Both the position numbers and the translations under genes were made by a program. Below, one piece after another: positions 39,018 to 53,358 of a stretch of 64,000 nucleotides of DNA (its first letter is position 1; every line of letters begins with the position of its first letter). Source of the stretch: an uncultured delta proteobacterium (GTDB lineage: Bacteria; Desulfobacterota; Desulfobulbia; Desulfobulbales; Desulfobulbaceae); assembly GCA_963754825.1 (NCBI GenBank), contig CAVWHP010000012.1:4131-68130 (forward strand), written 5' to 3'. The notes beneath the pieces are model-generated. The model was not told where the DNA came from and searched no databases. It worked only from the letters and a program-made list of their open reading frames with translations.

Positions 39018-42000
39018 TCACTCCTTGGTGACGGCGGGGGTGGTGTCCGCCTCCGGCCGCCGGGTTTTGAAGACACGCAACACCACCACGAAAAAGAGCG
39101 GGATGAAGAGGATGGCCAGCACCGTGGCCAGGGTCATGCCGCCGAGCACGCCGGTGCCGATGGCGTGGCGGCTGTTGGCGCCGGCGCCGGTGCTGATGGC
39201 CAGCGGCAGCACGCCGAGCATGAAGGCCAGGAGGTCATGAGGATCGGTCGCAGCCGCAGTCGGGCCGCCTGCAAGGTCGCCGTCGACCAGGTCGCGGCCG
39301 CGATCGTAACGCCGCTTGGCGAACTCGACGATGAGGATGGCGTTCTTGGCCGACAGGCCGATGGTGGTGAGCAGGCCGACCTGGAAGTAGACGTCGTTGG
39401 TCAGGCCGCGGGTGTACACCGCAGCCAGCGCGCCGAGCACGCCGAGGGGCACCACCAGGATGACCGAGAACGGCACGGACCAGCTCTCGTACAGGGCCGC
39501 CAGGCAGAGGAACACCACCAGGATGGAGATGGCGTACAGGAACGGCGCCTGGGTACCGGCCTGCAGCTCCTGGAAGGAGGCGCCGGTCCACTCGTAGCCG
39601 AAGCCCGGGGGCAGCTTGGCCACCAGCTCGCCGATGGTCTGCATGGCGTCACCGCTGGACAGGCCGGGCGCGGCCTCGCCGACGATGTTGATCGCCGGGT
39701 TGCCGTTGTAGCGCTCCAGCCGGGGCGAACCGTAGCTCCAGTAGCCGCTGGCGAACGAGGAGAAGGGCACCATCTCGCCCCGGTCGTTGCGCACGTACCA
39801 GAGGTCCAGGTCATCCGGGTTCATGCGGTAGGGCGCGTCCGCCTGCACGTAGACCTTCTTGACCCGCCCCTGGTTGAGGAAGTCGTTGACGTACATGGAG
39901 CCCCAGGCCGTGCCCAGGGTGGTGTTGATGTCGCTGACGGTGACGCCCAAGCGCCATGGCCTTTTCGTAGTCCACGTCGACGTTGTACTCGGGCGCGTCC
40001 TCCATGCCGTTGGGCCGCACCCGGGTCAGGGTTCGGATTCTGCGCGGCCATGCCGAGCAGCTGGTTGCGGGCCTCGATGAGCTGCTCGTGCCCCAGGCCG
40101 GAGCGGTCCTGGAGGAAGAAGTCAAAGCCGGTGGAGGAGCCCAGCGCCGGGATCGGCGGGATGTTGAACGGGAAGACCATGGCCTCCTTGATCTGCGAGA
40201 AGGCGCCCATGGCCCGGCCGATGATCGCCTTGGCCGACTGGTCGGGCCGGGTGCGCTCGTCCCAGTGCTTGAGCTGCACGAAGGACATGCCCATGTTCTG
40301 GCCCTGGCCGGCGAAGCTGAACCCGGCCACGGTAAAGGCGGAATTGATGTTCTCCTTCTCCGCGACCAGGTAATGCTCGCGCACCCGGTCCAGCACCGCC
40401 TGGGTGCGCTCCAGGGTGGCGCCGGTGGGCAGCTGCACCATGGTGAGGAACACGCCCTGGTCCTCCTCGGGAATGAAGCTGGTCGGCAGCTTGACGAAGA
40501 ACCAGCCGACCGCGATGAGCATCGCCAGGTAGATGATGCCGAAACGGCCGGTGCGCTTGAGCACGTAGCCGACGCAGGTGCGGTAGGTGTCGGCGCTGCG
40601 CTCGAAGGTGCGGTTGAACCAGCCGAAGAAGCCGCGCTTCTCCAGGCTGTGCCCCTTGCTGCACCGGCTTGAGCAGGGTGGCGCACAGGGCCGGGGTGAG
40701 GACCAGGGCCACCACCACCGAAAGCAGCATGGCCGAGACGATGGTCAGCGAGAACTGCCGGTAGATGGCGCCGGTGGAGCCGCCGAAGAAGGCCATGGGC
40801 ACGAACACGGCGGAGAGCACCAGGGCGATGCCGATGAGCGCGCCGGTGATCTGGTCCATGGACTTGCGGGTGGCCTCGAGCGGCGACAGTCCCTCCTCGG
40901 CCATGATCCGCTCCACGTTCTCGACCACGACGATGGCGTCGTCGACCAGCAGGCCGATGGCCAGCACCAGGCCGAACATGGTCAGGGTGTTGATCGAGAA
41001 GCCGAACAGCGGCCATGATCGCGAAGGTGCCCAGGAGGACCACGGGCACGGCGATGGTGGGGATGAGCGTGGCGCGGAAGTTCTGCAGGAACAGGTACAT
41101 GACCAGGAAGACGAGCAGGATCGCCTCGAACAGGGTCTTGACCACCTCCTTGATGGAGATGCGGATGAAGGTGGTGGTGTCGTAGGGGAAGATCACCTCC
41201 ACGCCCGGCGGGAAGTAGGGCTTCAGCTCCTCGATCTTGGCGTGCACCGCGTCCGAGGTCTCCAGGGCGTTGGCGCCGGTGGCGAGCATGATGGCCATGC
41301 CCGAGGAGGTCTGGCCGTTGAAGGTGCTCAGGGAGTTGTAATTTTCCGCGCCGATCTCCACCCGGGCCACGTCCTTGAGCCGCACCTGGGAGCCGTCCGG
41401 CTGCACCCGCAGGATGATGCTGCCGAACTGCTCGGGCGAGCTCATCATGGTCTGGGCCATCATCGAGTAGCTCAGCTGCTGGCCCTCCACCGAGGGTGAG
41501 CCGCCCAGCTCGCCCACCGCCACCTGGTTGTTCTGGGCGCGGATGGCGTTCGCCACGTCGGCGGGGGTCAGCTGGTAGCTGTTCAGCTTGTTCGGATCGA
41601 GCCAGATGCGCATGGCGTACTGGCCGCCGAAGATCTGGATGGCGCCCACGCCCGGGGTCCGGCTGAGCGGGTCGCGCAGGGTGGTGACCATGAAGTCGGC
41701 CAGGTCGTAGTCCTTCGTGGTCGGGTCGGTGGAGATCAGGCCGACGATCATGAGGAAGGTCGAGTTGGACTTGGCCACCTGCACGCCTTCCTTCTGCACC
41801 GCGTCGGGCAGCAGCTTGAGCGCCTGCTGCAGCTTGTTCTGCACCTGCACCTGGGCGATGTCCGGGTCGGTGCCGGCCTCGAAGGTCAGGGTGATGGTGA
41901 CGCTGCCGGTGGAGGAGCTCTCGGACTTCATGTAGAGGAAGTTGTCCAGACCGGTCATGTTCTGCTCGATGATCTGGGTGACCGAGTTCTCGATGGTCTC

Positions 42001-42162
42001 GGCCGAGGCGCCGGTGTACTCGGTGGTGACGCGCACCGAAGGCGGCGCGATCTCCGGGTACTGGGAAATCGGCAGCTCGACCACGGCAAGCGCGCCGGCG
42101 AGCATGATGACGATGGCGATGACCCACGCGAAGATGGGCCGGTCGATGAAATAGCGTGCCAT
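39018..42162 (-). CDS. acrB: HAE1 RND efflux permease with about six apparent indels
   Basis: [42 protein letters not shown]; indels near 41010, 40650, 40032, 39950, 39281, 39232. Confidence 0.92.
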
Positions 42163-42165
42163 GGC

Positions 42166-43362
42166 TTACTCCGCCTTGTTCTGGGTTGCGGCCTGGCTGC
42201 GCTCGGCCGGGGCGGCGGGTTTGGCCTCCACCGCCTTGACCGATGCGCCCGGGCGCACCTTCTGCAGCCCGGCGACGATCACCCGGTCGCCCGCCTGCAG
42301 GCCGGACTCGATCACCACCATGTCGTCGATGACCTGGCCGGTGACGAGCCGGCGCAGTTCGACCACGGACTCCTTGTTCACCACCAGGGCCTGGGCGATG
42401 CCCTTGATGTCGCGGGTGACCGCCACCTGCGGCGCCAGGATGGCGTCGGGCCGCTGACCGCGCTCCAGCCGGGCGCGGACGAACATGCCGGGCAGGAGCA
42501 CATTGTCCGGATTGGCGGCCAGCACCCGCAGGGTGACCGTGCCGGTGGAGGCGGTGACGGTCACGTCGGCGAACTCGAGCTGGCCGGGGTGCGAGTAGGC
42601 CGAGCCGTCCTCGAGGAGCACGCTCACCCGGGCCTTGCCGTCCGCATCCACCTGCAGCTGACCGGACGCCACCTCTTTCTTGAGGCGCAGGAGTTCCACG
42701 CTCGACTGGCTGACATCGATGTACATCGGGTCGAGCTGCTGGATGGTGGCCAGGGCGCCCGCCTGCTGGGCGGTGACGAGCGCGCCCTCGGTCACCTCGG
42801 ACTTGCCGATGCGGCCGGAGATGGGGGCCTTGACATCGGTGTAGGCGAGATTGATGCGGGCGCTGTCCACCGCCGCCCTGGCCGCGGCGATCTCGGCCAC
42901 AGCCTGCTTCCAGGCGGCCTCGGTTTCCACCTGGTCCTGATCGCTCACCGCCTTGCGGTCCACCAGCTTGCGGTACCGCTCGGCCTTGAGGCGGGCCGAG
43001 TTCTCTGACGCCTCGGCGCGCGCCAGGGCGGCGCGGGCACTGTCATAGGCGGCCTGGTACACGGCCGGGTCGATCTTGTAGAGCAGTTGGCCGGCCTTGA
43101 CCTCGCTGCCTTCTTCGAAATGGCGTTTGAGGATGATGCCGCTCACCTGGGGCCGTACCTCGGCGATGCGATAAGCGGCGGTACGGCCGGGCTGCTCGAT
43201 GCTCAAGGCGACGCTCTGCGCGGCGAGGGTGACCACCTCCACCTCGGCCGGGCCGCCGGCCGGCGGTCCGGCCTGCTTGTCCCCGCCCCGGCAGCCGGCC
43301 AGCAGCAGGCTGGCCAGGAGGAACGGCAGGAGGACGGAGACAGTTGTCTTCTGTGTGTTCAT
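42166..43362 (-). CDS. acrA: RND efflux periplasmic adaptor (lipoprotein)
   Basis: Lipobox LAGC, AEVRPQVSGII, APISGRIG, LLPGMFVR. Confidence 0.93.
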   Translation of the reverse strand: MNTQKTTVSVLLPFLLASLLLAGCRGGDKQAGPPAGGPAEVEVVTLAAQSVALSIEQPGRTAAYRIAEVRPQVSGIILKRHFEEGSEVKAGQLLYKIDPAVYQAAYDSARAALARAEASENSARLKAERYRKLVDRKAVSDQDQVETEAAWKQAVAEIAAARAAVDSARINLAYTDVKAPISGRIGKSEVTEGALVTAQQAGALATIQQLDPMYIDVSQSSVELLRLKKEVASGQLQVDADGKARVSVLLEDGSAYSHPGQLEFADVTVTASTGTVTLRVLAANPDNVLLPGMFVRARLERGQRPDAILAPQVAVTRDIKGIAQALVVNKESVVELRRLVTGQVIDDMVVIESGLQAGDRVIVAGLQKVRPGASVKAVEAKPAAPAERSQAATQNKAE

Positions 43363-43455
43363 GGTCAAGGTCCTTGTCTGTGAAAGAAAAACAAAACCAA
43401 CGGGTTGAACGAACGGGAAGTCCACCGGGATCCCGGCTGGAACAGCAGGGCTATT

Positions 43456-43479
43456 TACATACATTTGTGCATGTATGCA
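43456..43479. promoter_or_regulatory. AcrR-type operator palindrome
   Basis: TACATACATTTGTGCATGTATGCA, about 95 bp upstream of acrA. Confidence 0.8.
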
Positions 43480-43481
43480 AG

Positions 43482-43522
43482 AAAAAAAACGCCCGCAGCC
43501 CTCGTTTTCCGGGCTGCGGGCG
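43482..43522 (-). terminator. Rho-independent terminator of glmS
   Basis: 12-bp stem CGCCCGCAGCCC/GGGCTGCGGGCG with U8 on the minus strand. Confidence 0.85.
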
Positions 43523-43550
43523 CTGGGTGCAGGCGATGTACGGCCGGGGG

Positions 43551-45389
<1,839 letters not shown>

Positions 45390-45441
45390 TGATCTGTTTC
45401 CTTGCGTGATTGTTGACCCTGACCCGACCTGAAATGGCGAC

Positions 45442-45470
45442 AGTATCCACGAGGGTCAGGCAAATTGCAA
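45442..45470 (-). promoter_or_regulatory. Candidate sigma-70 promoter for glmS
   Basis: TTGCAA-N17-GATACT on the minus strand. Confidence 0.4.
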
Positions 45471-45649
45471 GCGCTAAGCGCGCCGGCCGCCCGCTTCCGC
45501 CGCAGGCCGCAACCCCTTGTCCACCGGCCGTTGCGGCCGATGGCAGCATCCGGCCGCGAGGTTCGCGGGGTGTCCCATTACAAAATCGTTTTGCGAACAG
45601 GGGAAAACCGGGTATCCTGCAGCAACCATCCATCACAGCAAGGAACCCC

Positions 45650-46219
45650 ATGAACGAACGACAACGGCTGCGCGACCTGCTCCTGGCCAAATCCTACCGC
45701 CAGGGCACCTTTACCCTCACCTCGGGCAAGACCTCCGACTTTTATGTAGACGGCAAGCAGACCACCCTCGATGCCGAGGGCGCCTACCTCTGCGGCCGCC
45801 TGCTGTTCGAGCTGATCCGCACCCACCCGGAGCCCATCGTCGGCGTCGGCGGCATGACCCTGGGGGCCGACCCGCTGGTCACCGCGGTCAGCATGGTCAG
45901 CTATCTGGAAAAGGCGCCGATCCCGGCCTTCATCGTCCGTAAGGAGGCCAAGGGCCATGGCACCGGCAACTTCATCGAAGGCAAGAGCAACCTGGCGCCG
46001 GGCGGGCTGATGGCGCTGGTGGAGGATGTGGTGACCACCGGCGGGACGCTTATCAAGGTGATCGAGCGGGTGGAGAACGAGGGATTCCGGGTGGGGCTGG
46101 TGGCCACCATCGTCGACCGCCAGGAGGGCGGCGCCGAGACGCTGGCCGCCGCGGGCTACCCGCTCAGGGCGGTGTTCACCCGCGAACAGCTGATCGGCCG
46201 ACCGGGGGTCCGTCCATGA
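45650..46219 (+). CDS. pyrE: Orotate phosphoribosyltransferase
   Basis: GTFTLTSGKTSDFYVD, VRKEAKGHG, VEDVVTTGG. Confidence 0.95.
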   Translation: MNERQRLRDLLLAKSYRQGTFTLTSGKTSDFYVDGKQTTLDAEGAYLCGRLLFELIRTHPEPIVGVGGMTLGADPLVTAVSMVSYLEKAPIPAFIVRKEAKGHGTGNFIEGKSNLAPGGLMALVEDVVTTGGTLIKVIERVENEGFRVGLVATIVDRQEGGAETLAAAGYPLRAVFTREQLIGRPGVRP

Positions 46220-46386
46220 AATGCCGGCAGTGTGAGGGCGAGTTGCGGGTGGAGCGGCGCTGCCGCCAGGTCCGCCTCAAATGCACCGACTGCCGGCGGG
46301 AATACCAGATCCACGAGGTCGCCGCCGACCTGGATGCGGCCACCGAGGCGGAACTGGCCCGCTACACCTGCCTCATCTACGACTGA
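46216..46386 (+). CDS. Dual-CXXC small protein (56 aa), not in the ORF track
   Basis: MKCRQCEGELRVERRCRQVRLKCTDCRREYQIHEVA...IYD; overlaps the pyrE stop (ATGA) and the next start (TGATG). Confidence 0.85.
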   Translation: MKCRQCEGELRVERRCRQVRLKCTDCRREYQIHEVAADLDAATEAELARYTCLIYD

Positions 46387-46862
46387 TGGCACCCCAGCCC
46401 CTCACCGTCCACATCCGTGACGGCAACAGCGCCACCCTCATCTGCCCGGGCTGCGGCCTGGTGCGGCAGATTGCCGCCGCCAAATTCCGCAACGACCGCC
46501 ACAACCGGGCCATCCGCTGCCGTTGCGGCACCGTCTTCCACGTGCTGCTCGATTTCCGCCGCCACTTCCGCAAGCCGACCAGCCTGGCCGGTACCTACAG
46601 CAGCAGGAACCCGGCCGGACCGGGCAGCGGCGTCATCCGCATCGTCAACATCTCGCGCAGCGGCGTGGGCTTCACCGTCTCCGGCCGGCACCGGATCGAG
46701 CCCGGCCAGGAACTGCAGATCGAGTTCCAGCTCACCGACCGCAACAAATCCGTGCTGAAGAAGCCGGTGGTGGTGCGCACGGTCCAGGACAACACGGTCG
46801 GCTGCGAGTTCCTCTGCACCGGCGAACTCGACAAGGCCCTGGGCTTCTTCCTCCAGGGCTGA
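46386..46862 (+). CDS. Zn-ribbon plus PilZ-domain protein
   Basis: CPGC..CRC, then the PilZ motifs RRHFR and NISRSG. Confidence 0.88.
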   Translation: MAPQPLTVHIRDGNSATLICPGCGLVRQIAAAKFRNDRHNRAIRCRCGTVFHVLLDFRRHFRKPTSLAGTYSSRNPAGPGSGVIRIVNISRSGVGFTVSGRHRIEPGQELQIEFQLTDRNKSVLKKPVVVRTVQDNTVGCEFLCTGELDKALGFFLQG

Positions 46863-46866
46863 CCCC

Positions 46867-48579
46867 CTACCCGTCCACCTCCGCTTCGTCCTCCCCCGGC
46901 TCGTCGTCCCCCGGTTCGTCGTCCCGGCGCCAGCCGGGCACCGTCAGCCCATCCCGGCCCATGGTCGCGGTGATGAGGGCCTGGGCCCGCTGCAAAAGCG
47001 GCGTCAGGGTCTCGGCCCGCAGGGCGCTGATGCCCACCCCCTCGGCCAGCGGCAGTTGCGCCCGCTGTTCCGCATCCAGCCGGTCGATCTTGTTGAAGAC
47101 CTTGAGGCAGGGAATCTCCTCCAGCCCCAACTCCACCAAGAGCCCCTCCACCACCGCCACCTGCTGCCGCCAGGCCGGGTTGGCCACGTCGATCACGTGC
47201 AGGAGCAGGTCCGCCTCGACCAACTCCTCCAGGGTGGAGGCAAAGGCCTTGAGCAGGTCGGCGGGCAGGTTGCGGATGAAGCCCACGGTGTCGGTGATGA
47301 TCACCTCCAGGTCCTCGGGAAAACGGAGGCGGCGGCTGGTCGGGTCCAGGGTGGCGAACAGCAGGTCTTCGGCCTGGATCTCGCTTTTGGTGAGGGTGTT
47401 GAGCAGGGTCGACTTGCCGGCGTTGGTGTAGCCGACCAGGGAGATGACCGGCACGTCGCGCTTGCGTCGCCGGTTGCGGCGGTGGTAGCGCTGCGCGCCC
47501 ACCCCTTTCAGTTCCTTGCCGAGCCGGGTGATGCGGTCGTTGATGCGCCGCTTGTCGATCTCCAGCCGGGTCTCGCCCGGGCCGCGGGCGCCGATGCCGC
47601 CGGTGAGGCGCGACAGGGCGTCGTCGCGGGTGGTCAGCTTGGGCAGCATGTATTTGAGCTGGGCCATCTCGATCTGCAGCTTGCCCTCGCGGGAGCGGGC
47701 CCGGCTGGCGAAGATGTCGAGGATGAGCTGGGTGCGATCGATCACCCGCAGATCGGTGTGGTCGGTGACCGAGCGGATCTGCGAGGGGCTCAGTTCCTGA
47801 TCGAACAGGAGCAGGTTGGCGCCGAGGCGCAGACTCATGAGCATGATCTCCACCAGCTTGCCGCGACCGAGGATGAAGCGGGGGTGGATGTGCTTGCGCC
47901 GCTGGATCACCTCGGCGACCACCTCCACTCCGGCGGAGCGGGCCAGCTCGACCAACTCGGCCATGGACTCCTCGGCCTCGCCCTTCGCGCCGGTGGTGAC
48001 GCTGATGAGGATGGCCCGGTCGCGGCCCTGGTCGACCTCGCGGATCGGCCGCTCGCGGCTGAACTCGCTCTCCAGGGCCTCGATCAGCTCGATGCAGGAT
48101 TGGGTCTGGTTGGCCGGATGCACCGGGGCGAGTTCGGCCCAGTCGCGGCCGTCCACCTGGCGGGGGATGAGGTGCACGGTGTGGAGCAGATCGGGCAGGC
48201 CGTCACGGACCGTGAGCACCCCCATCAGGTCGAGGCGCAGACAGGCCAGGTCCATGATGTCTTCTTCGTTGACCGCGCCGCGGCCGAGCACGGTGTGCAC
48301 GCAGCGCAGGCCGCGCAGCCTGCCGCCGGTTGCGCCGACCCCGGTGAGTGCGGGGATGGTGATGCGATCGTAATCGCCGACGACCACGCTCTCGATCTGG
48401 CCGGAGCGGTGGATGAGCAGGCCGACCTGGCGGTTCAGCTCAATGGAAATGGCGGCGAGTGAGCGGGCCGTTTCCCGGCCGATGATCTCCTCGGGCAGGA
48501 CCCGCTTCTGCGCCAGCCGTTCCAGGTCGCGCAGCTGTTTGGGCTTGAGCCCGTTGGTGTTTCCGGTGACCGCAGCGAT
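46867..48579 (-). CDS. hflX: GTPase HflX (long form), probable ATC start
   Basis: GYTNAGKSTL, LFATLDPT, DTVGF, NKID; the N-terminus GNTNGLKPKQL extends 64 codons upstream of the first GTG. Confidence 0.92.
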   Translation of the reverse strand: MAAVTGNTNGLKPKQLRDLERLAQKRVLPEEIIGRETARSLAAISIELNRQVGLLIHRSGQIESVVVGDYDRITIPALTGVGATGGRLRGLRCVHTVLGRGAVNEEDIMDLACLRLDLMGVLTVRDGLPDLLHTVHLIPRQVDGRDWAELAPVHPANQTQSCIELIEALESEFSRERPIREVDQGRDRAILISVTTGAKGEAEESMAELVELARSAGVEVVAEVIQRRKHIHPRFILGRGKLVEIMLMSLRLGANLLLFDQELSPSQIRSVTDHTDLRVIDRTQLILDIFASRARSREGKLQIEMAQLKYMLPKLTTRDDALSRLTGGIGARGPGETRLEIDKRRINDRITRLGKELKGVGAQRYHRRNRRRKRDVPVISLVGYTNAGKSTLLNTLTKSEIQAEDLLFATLDPTSRRLRFPEDLEVIITDTVGFIRNLPADLLKAFASTLEELVEADLLLHVIDVANPAWRQQVAVVEGLLVELGLEEIPCLKVFNKIDRLDAEQRAQLPLAEGVGISALRAETLTPLLQRAQALITATMGRDGLTVPGWRRDDEPGDDEPGEDEAEVDG

Positions 48580-48609
48580 GGTCGTCTCCGTTCTGGTTGG
48601 GGGGAAGGA

Positions 48610-49990
<1,381 letters not shown>

Positions 49991-50022
49991 GGTGCTCCCC
50001 TCCCCCGGATCTGTCGCCGGAG

Positions 50023-50871
50023 TCAACTGTGCAGTGTCCCCTGGTCGTCCTCGCAGAGGCCGATGACGACGATGCCGGCCCGGTCCGCGGCGCGGACCAT
50101 GGCCGCGCGGTCGAACAGCAGCGACTGGCCCGCCTCCACCGCCAGCACCGCGCCCTTGACCGCGGCCAGGGTGGCGATGGTTTTCTCCCCCGTGGCCGGC
50201 AGGTCGAAACGGAAATCCTGGTCCGGCTTCTTCAGTTTGACCACCACCGCCCCGGAACCGGCCAGTTCGCCGCCCCGGCGGATGGCCGCGTCCGTGCCCT
50301 CGATGGCCTCCACCGCGAGCACGCTGCGGTCGCGCACCACCACGCACTGGCCGATGTCCAGCCGGCCCACGGCACGGGCGATGGACCAGCCGAAGCGGAT
50401 GTCCTCCATCTGCGCGGTGCTGGGTTTTTTCCGGGAAAGAAGGCCCTGCGGAAAGAACAGGTGGTCCAGGTAACAGGTGGAGGCGATCACCCGGATGCCC
50501 TCCTCTTCGAGGGTCTGGGCCACGGCGCGGAGGATGGCGTCATCCAGACGGATGTCGATTTTGTTCCACAGGGTCAACCCTTTGAAGTCGGGCAGGACGT
50601 CGTGGAAAATGCGGGTCTTGGTGATGGTGCCGGCAAAAACCGTCTCGTCGACCCCTTCCTGGCGGAAATACTTGATGATGCGGCCGAGTTGGCCGAGTTT
50701 GACCCAGCAGGTGACATCGGCCTGCTGCTCGAGTTCGGGCAGGGTCTCGTTCACGTGGGCGACCGCGACCACCCGCCTCCCGCGTGCCCTGGCGGCCTCG
50801 GCGAACAGCAGGGGAAACTGGCCCCCGCCGGCGATCAGGCCGATGGGCGATGGCAGCCCGGGTTCAGTCAT
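50023..50871 (-). CDS. lpxI: UDP-2,3-diacylglucosamine diphosphatase LpxI
   Basis: GLIAGGGQFP, DIGQCVVV, AVEAIEGTD, QDFRFDLP; follows lpxA. Confidence 0.92.
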   Translation of the reverse strand: MTEPGLPSPIGLIAGGGQFPLLFAEAARARGRRVVAVAHVNETLPELEQQADVTCWVKLGQLGRIIKYFRQEGVDETVFAGTITKTRIFHDVLPDFKGLTLWNKIDIRLDDAILRAVAQTLEEEGIRVIASTCYLDHLFFPQGLLSRKKPSTAQMEDIRFGWSIARAVGRLDIGQCVVVRDRSVLAVEAIEGTDAAIRRGGELAGSGAVVVKLKKPDQDFRFDLPATGEKTIATLAAVKGAVLAVEAGQSLLFDRAAMVRAADRAGIVVIGLCEDDQGTLHS

Positions 50872-51661
50872 CGATGGTGCGCTTGACCACCCCGCGCTTG
50901 CTGGTGTGGAAGAAGTCGACCATCACCTGCACCTCGACACAGTCGGCCATCTCCTCCTGGAGCAGGGCCAGCGAGTCCTTGAGCAGGAGGTGGGGGGAAC
51001 GGAACAGGATCTTGAACGCCTCCTCCAGGTTCTTGATCGTTTCCCGGTTCATGCCGGCGCGACGCAGGCCGATCTTGTTGATGCCGGAGATGCGCATCTG
51101 GTTGCGCGTGCCTTCCATGATCACGTAAGGCGGGACGTCGAGGGCGATGCCGGACATGCCGCCGATAAAGGCATAGTCGCCGATGCGGCAGAACTGCTGG
51201 ACCGCCACCAGACCGCCGAGGTTGGCATGGCTGCCGATCTCCACGTGGCCGGCCAGGGTGGCGACATTGGCCATGATCACGTGATCGGCGATGCTGCAGT
51301 CGTGGGCGATGTGGCAGTAGGCCATGATCATGTTGCGGTTGCCGAGCAGGGTTTGCCGGCCGGCCTTGGCCGTGGCCCGGTGGATGGAGACATACTCGCG
51401 GATCTGGTTGCCGTCGCCGATGACGAGTTCGGTCGGCTCGTCCTTGTAGTGGATATCCTGGGGCGGGGCGCCAATGGAGCAGAACGGGCCGATGGTGTTG
51501 TCCGCGCCGATGGTGGTGTGGCCGGAGACCACCGTATGGGTGCCGATGCGGGTGCCCGGGCCGATGCGTACCGGTCCGTCGATAATGGCGTAGGGTTCGA
51601 CTCGCACCGAACTGTCGAGCTGAGCCTTGGGGTCGATGACCGCGGTGGGGTGGATGCTCAT
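50864..51661 (-). CDS. lpxA: UDP-GlcNAc O-acyltransferase
   Basis: IHPTAVI hexapeptide repeats, PPQD, IRE.VSIHR, HIAHDC. Confidence 0.95.
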   Translation of the reverse strand: MSIHPTAVIDPKAQLDSSVRVEPYAIIDGPVRIGPGTRIGTHTVVSGHTTIGADNTIGPFCSIGAPPQDIHYKDEPTELVIGDGNQIREYVSIHRATAKAGRQTLLGNRNMIMAYCHIAHDCSIADHVIMANVATLAGHVEIGSHANLGGLVAVQQFCRIGDYAFIGGMSGIALDVPPYVIMEGTRNQMRISGINKIGLRRAGMNRETIKNLEEAFKILFRSPHLLLKDSLALLQEEMADCVEVQVMVDFFHTSKRGVVKRTIDD

Positions 51662-51729
51662 CAGCGATTCATTCCTTGTGTGTGTTTGCACGGGGCAGGG
51701 TTGTGGCGGGGGCGGGACGGCGGCGGCCG

Positions 51730-52178
51730 TCAGGCGAAGCTGGCCGTCAACTGGGCTTCGGTGACCAGCTGGTCATCCACGTAGGCCTTGCCGTCCATCT
51801 TGGTGACCTTGCCCTTTTGCCTGACCATCTCCAGTTTGTAGAGCAGTTGGTCGCCCGGCCGGACCACCCGACGGAAGCGCGCCTTGTCCACGCCGGCGAA
51901 CAGGATCAGTCGGCCGATCATGGACGGATCGGACAGGCAGGCGAGCAGCCCCCGGTCTGGGCCATGCCCTCGAGAATGAGCACCCCGGGCATAACCGGCT
52001 CACCGGGGAAATGCCCCTGGAAAAACGGCTCGCTGATGGTGACATTCTTCAGGCCGGTCGCGGTTTTCCCCTTGTCCAGCTCGATGATGCGGTCCACGAG
52101 CAGAAAGGGGTAGCGGTGCGGCAGGATGGCCATGATCGCCTTGGTATCCAAGGGCAGTTGGATGTCCGGTGCTGTCAT
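51730..52178 (-). CDS. fabZ: 3-hydroxyacyl-ACP dehydratase with a homopolymer frameshift near 51950
   Basis: [31 protein letters not shown], then ARFRR.V.PGDQL in another frame. Confidence 0.93.
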
Positions 52179-53242
52179 TTTTTGTCTCCGTTCGGTTGTC
52201 CCGCCTGTTCGAGAAGCGCGCTCAGCCGGTCGACCTCCCGACGCAGCCGGCGCGACTCCCTGACCAACTCCGGCAGACGGCTGAAGGCGGCGGCGGCCCG
52301 GGCCCAGGCCTTTGCTTCAAAGGCCGGGGTGCCGCCGACGATCGCCCCGGCGGGCTGGTCGTTGTGGATACCGCTCATGGCCGCGGCCATGACCCGGTCG
52401 CCGATGTGCAGGTGGCCGGCGACCCCGGCCTTGGCCCCCAGGACCACGTTGCGGCCAAGCGTCGTGCTGCCGGCTATGCCGGTCTGGGCAACGAGAATGG
52501 AGTTCGCGCCGACGACCACGTTGTGGCCGACCATGACCAGGTTGTCCATCTTCGTTCCGGCCTGCACCCAGGTGGTGCCGAAGGCTGCCCGGTCCACGCA
52601 GGCGTTGGCGCCGATCTCCACGTCGTCATCGATGCGCACCGTGCCGACCTGCGGCTTGCGGTAATGGTTGCCACGGTTGTCGGTGGCGAAGCCGAAGCCG
52701 TCGCTGCCGATCACCGCGCCGTGGTGGAGAATCACCCGGCTCCCGATGGTGCACCGCTCGGCCACGGTCACATTGGCGTGGATGACGGTGTCGTCGCCGA
52801 TGGTGGTGTCGCTGCCGATCACCGCGCCCGGGTGGATGGTCACCCGTTCGCCGAGCACCACCCGGTCGCCCAGGCAGACGAGCGGACCGACACTCACCTG
52901 CTCGGGGATACGGCAGTCGCTGCCGACCACCGCGCTCGGGTGCACACCGCGGGCCGCAAAGGGTTGTTCAAGCAGGAAGGCGTGGATGCGGGCGGCGGCC
53001 ACCGCGGGCTGATCAGTGACAATGGTTGACAGGGGCAGCGGCCCGCAGCCGGTCGGGACGATGCAGGCACTGGCCCGGCAGCCCTCCGGCAGGGGGAGAT
53101 GCCTGGCGTCGAGGAGGAAGGTGATTTCACCGGGTCCGGCCTGTTCGATGCCGTTGAGGCCGCAGACGACGAGCTGCGGGTCGCCGGCCACACTGCCTCC
53201 CACCAGGTCGGCGAGCTGCTGCAGGGTCTGTTCGCGGGGCAC
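52175..53242 (-). CDS. lpxD: UDP-3-O-acyl-glucosamine N-acyltransferase
   Basis: Hexapeptide repeats, [27 protein letters not shown] start approximate. Confidence 0.95.
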   Translation of the reverse strand: MPREQTLQQLADLVGGSVAGDPQLVVCGLNGIEQAGPGEITFLLDARHLPLPEGCRASACIVPTGCGPLPLSTIVTDQPAVAAARIHAFLLEQPFAARGVHPSAVVGSDCRIPEQVSVGPLVCLGDRVVLGERVTIHPGAVIGSDTTIGDDTVIHANVTVAERCTIGSRVILHHGAVIGSDGFGFATDNRGNHYRKPQVGTVRIDDDVEIGANACVDRAAFGTTWVQAGTKMDNLVMVGHNVVVGANSILVAQTGIAGSTTLGRNVVLGAKAGVAGHLHIGDRVMAAAMSGIHNDQPAGAIVGGTPAFEAKAWARAAAAFSRLPELVRESRRLRREVDRLSALLEQAGQPNGDKK

Positions 53243-53358
53243 GTTCAAAAACACTCCGAGGTAAGTGGGCAAGGACACTGCTGCCGGGACGGAACACTCA
53301 AGCAGAACACCACCCTGCGGCAACCGGCCAAAGGGTGCGGACCGTACTGCATTTTGCC

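Noticed and set aside
45390..45650. glmS ribozyme
   Set aside because: Core motifs are absent and a promoter-like element lies only about 50 bp from the start codon
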